Below are positions 59,277-64,000 of a stretch of DNA of 64,000 nucleotides, piece after piece (within the stretch, counting starts at the first letter, position 1; each line of letters starts with the position of its first letter). The position numbers and the translations under genes are program-made. The stretch is from an uncultured Gemmatimonadaceae bacterium (GTDB taxonomy: Bacteria > Gemmatimonadota > Gemmatimonadetes > Gemmatimonadales > Gemmatimonadaceae), in assembly GCA_963751275.1 (NCBI GenBank), contig CAVVTZ010000009.1:1-64000 (forward strand). Direction: 5' to 3'. The notes beneath the pieces are model-generated. The model made no database searches, had not been told where the DNA came from, and saw nothing but the letters and a program-made list of their open reading frames with translations.

Positions 59277-61004
59277 TCACCACAGCGTGAAGTGCTGCTC
59301 GAGCGTGCTGGCCGCCTGCGATCCGGCGACGAGAATGAGACGGTCGGCGCGATCGACCATCAGATCGGGCCGCGGCGCGAGCATGTGATCCCCGCGCAGG
59401 ATGGAGAGGATCGAGACGTCGCTCAACGCGAGATGCACGGAGGCATCCGCGACGCTGCGGCCGACGAACGGACTCTCGGGGCGCACGCTGGCGACGAGCA
59501 GGCGGCGTCCACCGGGCAGCTCCACCGGGACCCCGGCGCGCAGCTGGGAGACCAGCTTCTGCTCCGCTTCCGCGGAACCGTCCCGGAATCCCCGGTCGCG
59601 CAGGATCTGCAACGCGATCGCGAGATGGTGCTCGTGGTGCGCCGGCGAATCGGCGCTGCTCTCCACCTGCGCCTCGTACATGCTGCGGAACTTCACGTGG
59701 CGCGAGAGCCGCCGCTGGACGAGATAACTGAGGATCACGGCGAGCGTCGCCGGCACCAGCAGCGTGTACCCGCCGGTCATCTCGGTCACCATCATCATCG
59801 TGGCGATCGGCACGTGCGCCGCGCCGGCGAACACGGCGGCCATCCCCACCACGACGAACGGCGCCGGCGGCAGGTGGGCGAGGGCGGCGAACGCGCCGCC
59901 AAGCATCGCGCCCGCGAACAAGGTCGGCGCGAAGACGCCGCCCGAGCCGCCGGATCCGACGCTGAAGCTCATCGCAACGACCTTGGCGAGCACCAGCAGC
60001 GCGAGTACGCCAAGCGTGAGCTGGCCGTCGATCGCCTGCTGCATCCAGCCGTAGCCGCCGCCGATCACCTTCGGGACCGCCAACGCGAGGAGCCCCATCA
60101 GCAGCCCGCCGATCGCCGGCTTCAGGAACGGCTTCACGGGCAGCCGCTGGAACCACTGATGCGTGCCGTAGAAGATGGCCGGCGTGACCGTCGCGAGCAG
60201 GCCGGCGGAGATGCCGAGCAGGATGTACCATCCATGTTGCAGCGTGCCCGGCACCTGGTCCGCGAGATCGGCGAATCGGAACAGCGGCTGCCATCCGACG
60301 ACCAAGCCGTTGAGCGCGTACGCGACGATCGCGCCGAGCGCCGTGTACAACAGCGCTCCCGGCTCGAATTCCATGTCGGCGTACAGGATCTCGACGGCGA
60401 GCAGCGCGGCGCCGATCGGCGAGCGGAAGATGGCCGACAGCCCCGCGGCCATTCCGACGAGCAGCAGGATCCGCCGCTCCTCGCCCGTGCGGCCGGTGAT
60501 CGTGGCATAGACGGAGCCGATGCCGCCGGTGATGAGCGCCATCGGTCCCTCACGGCCGGCCGCTCCGCCCGAGCCAATGGTGATCGCCGACGCGATGAGC
60601 TTCACGAACGGGATCCGCGCGCGCATCTCGCCGTCGGTGCGGTGGAACGCCCGGATCACGGTGTCGGTGCCGTGCCCCTCCGCCTCGGGCGCGAAGCGCG
60701 CCGCGAGCAGCCCGACGATGAGTCCGCCGAGCGTGGTGGAGACGGGCACCAGCCAGAGGCCGTGCGGTCCGATGATCTCCACGGGCGAGGCGCCTTCATT
60801 CGGCAGCCCGGGCGCATGATAGCCGGCGATCCCCCACAGCATCAGACGGTCGATCAACCGCAGGAAGGCGGTGAAGATCTGCGCGAACACCGCCCCGGCC
60901 GCTCCGAGGGCGATCGTGTCGATCAGCAGGCGCCGCGACCGCGCGTCGGTGGTCCGGTCCGGCGGCAGCAGGAGGATATCGCGAGCGAGGGCGGGCAACT
61001 TCAT
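59277..61004 (-). CDS. ClC chloride channel/antiporter with C-terminal TrkA-C (RCK_C) domain
   Basis: EGHGTD, GGAAGREGP, GGVFAPT; SPFVGRSV...ILRG...P.PD. Confidence 0.92.
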   Translation of the reverse strand: MKLPALARDILLLPPDRTTDARSRRLLIDTIALGAAGAVFAQIFTAFLRLIDRLMLWGIAGYHAPGLPNEGASPVEIIGPHGLWLVPVSTTLGGLIVGLLAARFAPEAEGHGTDTVIRAFHRTDGEMRARIPFVKLIASAITIGSGGAAGREGPMALITGGIGSVYATITGRTGEERRILLLVGMAAGLSAIFRSPIGAALLAVEILYADMEFEPGALLYTALGAIVAYALNGLVVGWQPLFRFADLADQVPGTLQHGWYILLGISAGLLATVTPAIFYGTHQWFQRLPVKPFLKPAIGGLLMGLLALAVPKVIGGGYGWMQQAIDGQLTLGVLALLVLAKVVAMSFSVGSGGSGGVFAPTLFAGAMLGGAFAALAHLPPAPFVVVGMAAVFAGAAHVPIATMMMVTEMTGGYTLLVPATLAVILSYLVQRRLSRHVKFRSMYEAQVESSADSPAHHEHHLAIALQILRDRGFRDGSAEAEQKLVSQLRAGVPVELPGGRRLLVASVRPESPFVGRSVADASVHLALSDVSILSILRGDHMLAPRPDLMVDRADRLILVAGSQAASTLEQHFTLW

Positions 61005-61008
61005 GGGT

Positions 61009-61503
61009 TCATCCGCGGCGCCGGCGCGGCGCCGGCTCCTCAAAGAGCATGGTGGGTTCCCGCCGGGCGAGCCGGAGTGTACGCACGAGCGCGCGGAGCG
61101 CGCGCGCGAGGGCGCGCGCCTGGTCATCCGAGAGCCGGGCCAGCGCGCGCAGGACGTCCGCGGTCGGAGCGGCCGGGGCGGTCCGGAGAAGGCGGCGGCC
61201 AGCGGGCGCGATCGAGATGAGTACGCTTCGGCCGTCGTCCGGCGACCGCGTGCGCGTCGCGAGCTTCGCGCGCTCGAGGCGGCGCACCACAGTGGAGACG
61301 GTGCTGTGATTGGTGCGGGCGCGCGCCGCGAGGGCGGTCACGGAGAGCGGCCCGCCCTCGCCGAGCTGCTGGAGGAGGAAGAGCTGGGCATTGGTGACCC
61401 CGGTGCGCCGTTCCACCGCGCGGGCGGAGCGGTGCAGCGTGTCGACGATCAGCCGGAGGAGCACGAGCGCCTCCGTGCGCGCGGGGGCGGCGCGAGGGCT
61501 CAT
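61009..61503 (-). CDS. MarR-family regulator
   Basis: GVTNAQLFLL, STVSTVVRRLE, DGRSVLISIAPAG. Confidence 0.88.
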   Translation of the reverse strand: MSPRAAPARTEALVLLRLIVDTLHRSARAVERRTGVTNAQLFLLQQLGEGGPLSVTALAARARTNHSTVSTVVRRLERAKLATRTRSPDDGRSVLISIAPAGRRLLRTAPAAPTADVLRALARLSDDQARALARALRALVRTLRLARREPTMLFEEPAPRRRRG

Positions 61504-61535
61504 GCGGGATGGTTCCTGAACGCGGAGAGGCGCAT

Positions 61536-61555
61536 TTATGTTGACGTCAACATAA
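61536..61555. promoter_or_regulatory. Perfect 20-bp palindromic operator upstream of marR
   Basis: TTATGTTGAC|GTCAACATAA, AT-rich, 32 bp upstream of the start. Confidence 0.75.
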
Positions 61556-61595
61556 TAAGGACCGGGCCCGCTCCGAAAGGGCCCGCCCGGCGCGG

Positions 61596-62847
61596 TCACC
61601 CGGGCGGCTGCAGCTCCCGCAGGTCGCGCAGGGCCGGCCACCACCGCGCGACCCCCGCCACGACGAGCAGCGTCGCGACGCCGCCGCCCACCACGCTGAT
61701 CACCGGCCCGAACAGCGCCGCCGCCGCGCCGGACTCGAACCCGCCCAACTGGTTCGACGTGTCGATGAACAGGCTGTTCACCGCGCTCACTCGGCCGCGC
61801 ATCGCGTCGGGCGTGCGCACCTGCACCAGCGTCTGCCGGATCACCACGCTCACCATGTCGAACGCGCCGGCCACGATCATCATCAGCAGCGACAACGGGT
61901 ACGACGTCGAGAAGCCGAAGATGATCGTGCTCACGCCGAAGCCGGCCACCGCCCAGAGGACGCTCCGCCCCGCGCGCCGCATCGGGCCGCCGTGCGCCAG
62001 CACGAACGCGATCGCCACCGCACCCAGCGCCGGCGCCGCGCGCAGCCAGCCGAAACCCGTCGGACCCACGTGCAGGATGTCCTTCGCGTACACCGGCAGC
62101 AGCGTCATCGCGCCGCCGAACAACACCGCGAGCAGGTCGAGCGTGATCGCGCCGAAGATCACCGGGTCGTGCCGCACGAAGCGGAACCCCGCGAGGATGG
62201 TCTGGAGCGACAGGTCCGCCGCCTTCCTCGGCGCCGCCCGCCCGCGCAGCAGGGCCAGGCACGCCATGAAGCAGAGCATGAGCGCGGCGTCGCACAGATA
62301 CACCGGACCCGCGCGATGCGCCATCGCGATCACGGCGCCGCCGAGCGCCGGCCCGATCACGCTCGCGGCCTGCCAGCCCGTGCTCCCCCACGTGACGGCG
62401 TTCGCGAAGTGCTCGCCGGGCACGAGCTGCGGCAGCATCGCCGCCGAGGCCGGCCGGTGGAACGCGAGCGCGACGCCCACGGCGAAGAGGCAGACATAGA
62501 TCAGCGCCACCGGTGCTTGCGTATACGAGATCCACGCGAGCGCGAGCGACGTGAGGATCAGCATCGCGAGCGAGAGCATCGACGACCTTACGGCGGTCGT
62601 ACCGGTCGGCGGTGTGGCCGGCGGGCAGCACGAGCAGGAAGATGGGCAGCACCTGCACGAGGCCCACCATGCCCAGCGCCATCGCGGATCCGGTGCGCTC
62701 GTACAATTCCCAGCCGATCGCGACGTCGAGCATCTGCGCGCCGATCACGCTCAGGAATCGCCCGCCCAGGAAGAATCGATAGTCGCGCGACCGCAGCGCG
62801 ACGTACGGACCGTGTTGTGCCGGCGCGCCGTCAGCGCCGGGCGGCAT
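61596..62847 (-). CDS. MFS transporter (EntS/DHA3-like; indel near 62580)
   Basis: GHTADRYDRR motif A, LDLLAVLFGGA..LLP, MRGRVSAVN. Confidence 0.9.
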
Positions 62848-64000
62848 CGAACACGATCCGTACCGTCGAGCAGGGTGAGGAGCACGCGCGTCGAGTGGAT
62901 CTGCGTGGCGGGAATGGCGAAGAGGTCGTGGTCGAGCACGATGAGGTCCGCGGCCTTGCCGGCCTCGATCGAGCCCGTGGTCTTCTCCTGGAAGTTCGCG
63001 CGCGCGCCGTTGATCGTGTACGCGTCGAGCATCCGCTCGAGCGAGACCACCTGGTCCGGCAGCCACGGCGGCCCCGCCGGTGCGTCCGGATCCCGCCGCG
63101 TGACGCCGACCTGGATCGCCTCGAGCGGATTCATGGAGGAGACGTTCCAGTCGCTCCCGCCGACGATGGTGCCCCCCGCGCGCGCGACGGCACCGATCGG
63201 ATACAACCGCGATGAGCGCTCGGGCCCCAGCACCGGCTCGGTGAGATCCCGGATGTAACTGTCGCGATACGCCCACAAGCTCTGGAAGTTCGCGAGCACG
63301 CCGAGCTGGGCGAAGCGCGGCACGTCCACCGTGTCGACCATCTCGAGATGCGCGATCTGATGCCGCGCATCGCGCACGCCGTTCGCCGCGCGTGCGGCGG
63401 CGAACGCGTCCAGCGCCTCACGCACCGCGCGGTCGCCGATCGCGTGCACGTGCACCTGGAAGCCCGCCCGGTCGAGCGCGATCACGAGCGAATCCATCGC
63501 CGCCGGCTGGATGTCGGTGGGCCCGGTGCTGTGCGTGCCCACGTAGGGCGCGAGCAGCGCCGCGGTGCCAGACTCGATCACGCCGTCGGCGAAGATCTTC
63601 GCGCTGATCGGCCGCACACGGGCCGATGTGAATCGCGCACGCAGCGCCGACATGCCCTTCACCTGCACCACGCCGCCCGCCGGATCCACGAGGATCGCGG
63701 CCACCACGCGCACGGTCAACGCGTGCGCGCGTTCGAATGCCGGCGTACGTCGCGAGGTCGAGCGAATCCACGCTCGCGTCCTGCATGGACGTGATGCCCA
63801 GCGAATTCGCGAGCCGCAGCGCGGCGAGCAGGCCCTGCCGGTACTCGGCCGCCGTCCGAGCGGGCAGATGCTCGCTCACCAGCTCGGTCGCGGCCTCCCG
63901 CAGCGTGCCGCTCGGCGCGCCGGTGCGGTCGCGCATGATCGCGCCGCGCGGCGGATCGGGCGTCGCGGCGGTGATGCCGCTCATCGCGAGCGCGCGCGAA
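62831..64000 (-). CDS. YtcJ-like amidohydrolase (5' end outside window; indels near 63735 and 62862)
   Basis: PSGTLRE, GITSMQDA, KIFADG, VHAIGDRA, HQIAHLE, GSDW, GSIEAGKAADL. Confidence 0.9.

Noticed and set aside
2754..63740. Programmed frameshifts or mass pseudogenisation (istA, STAS fusion, FTR1, GGDEF-EAL, flavoprotein, cyclase, esterase, MFS, amidohydrolase)
   Set aside because: Isolated single-base indels without slippery sites, in otherwise intact genes on both sides of the junction, fit long-read error; read polishing would settle it

Overview
The window looks like two different genomes joined near 7.5 kb. Left part (1 to ~7500, moderate GC, Acidobacteriota/Terriglobia-like): a possible transposon end, a GloVer-repeat surface protein, an IS21 element (istA/istB; left end intact, no recognisable right end), a degenerate 5' half tRNA-Ser that looks like an att scar, a TPR gene remnant, and a cyoE operon with a stress-protein/STAS fusion and a small CxxC membrane protein. 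Right part (~7500-64000, very high GC, Gemmatimonadota-like): mostly ordinary chromosomal genes. These include an acyltransferase, a TMTC-like glycosyltransferase, tRNA-Cys, MscS, an amidase, DPP-III, a Fur-box cytochrome c/FTR1 gene, GGDEF-EAL, two desaturase-like flavoproteins flanking a STAND cyclase plus a Ser/Thr kinase, a pgl-like gene, a VPS10 protein, mhqO/mhqD-like genes, DUF4956 with a CotH-like protein, SufE, an ABC exporter, ada-alkA, a THUMP methylase, MarR-ClC, an MFS transporter and an amidohydrolase. The least explained signal is a repeat system with no mobiliser in the window: four ~160-bp long palindromes with compensatory substitutions that overlap or abut gene ends, a 633-bp mirror-symmetric array of 58-bp units, and heptamer/nonamer-armed hairpins, most bounded by AAC...GTT. 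About ten genes carry isolated single-base indels, most likely long-read errors. Taxonomic and family calls come from motif recognition only; no searches were run.
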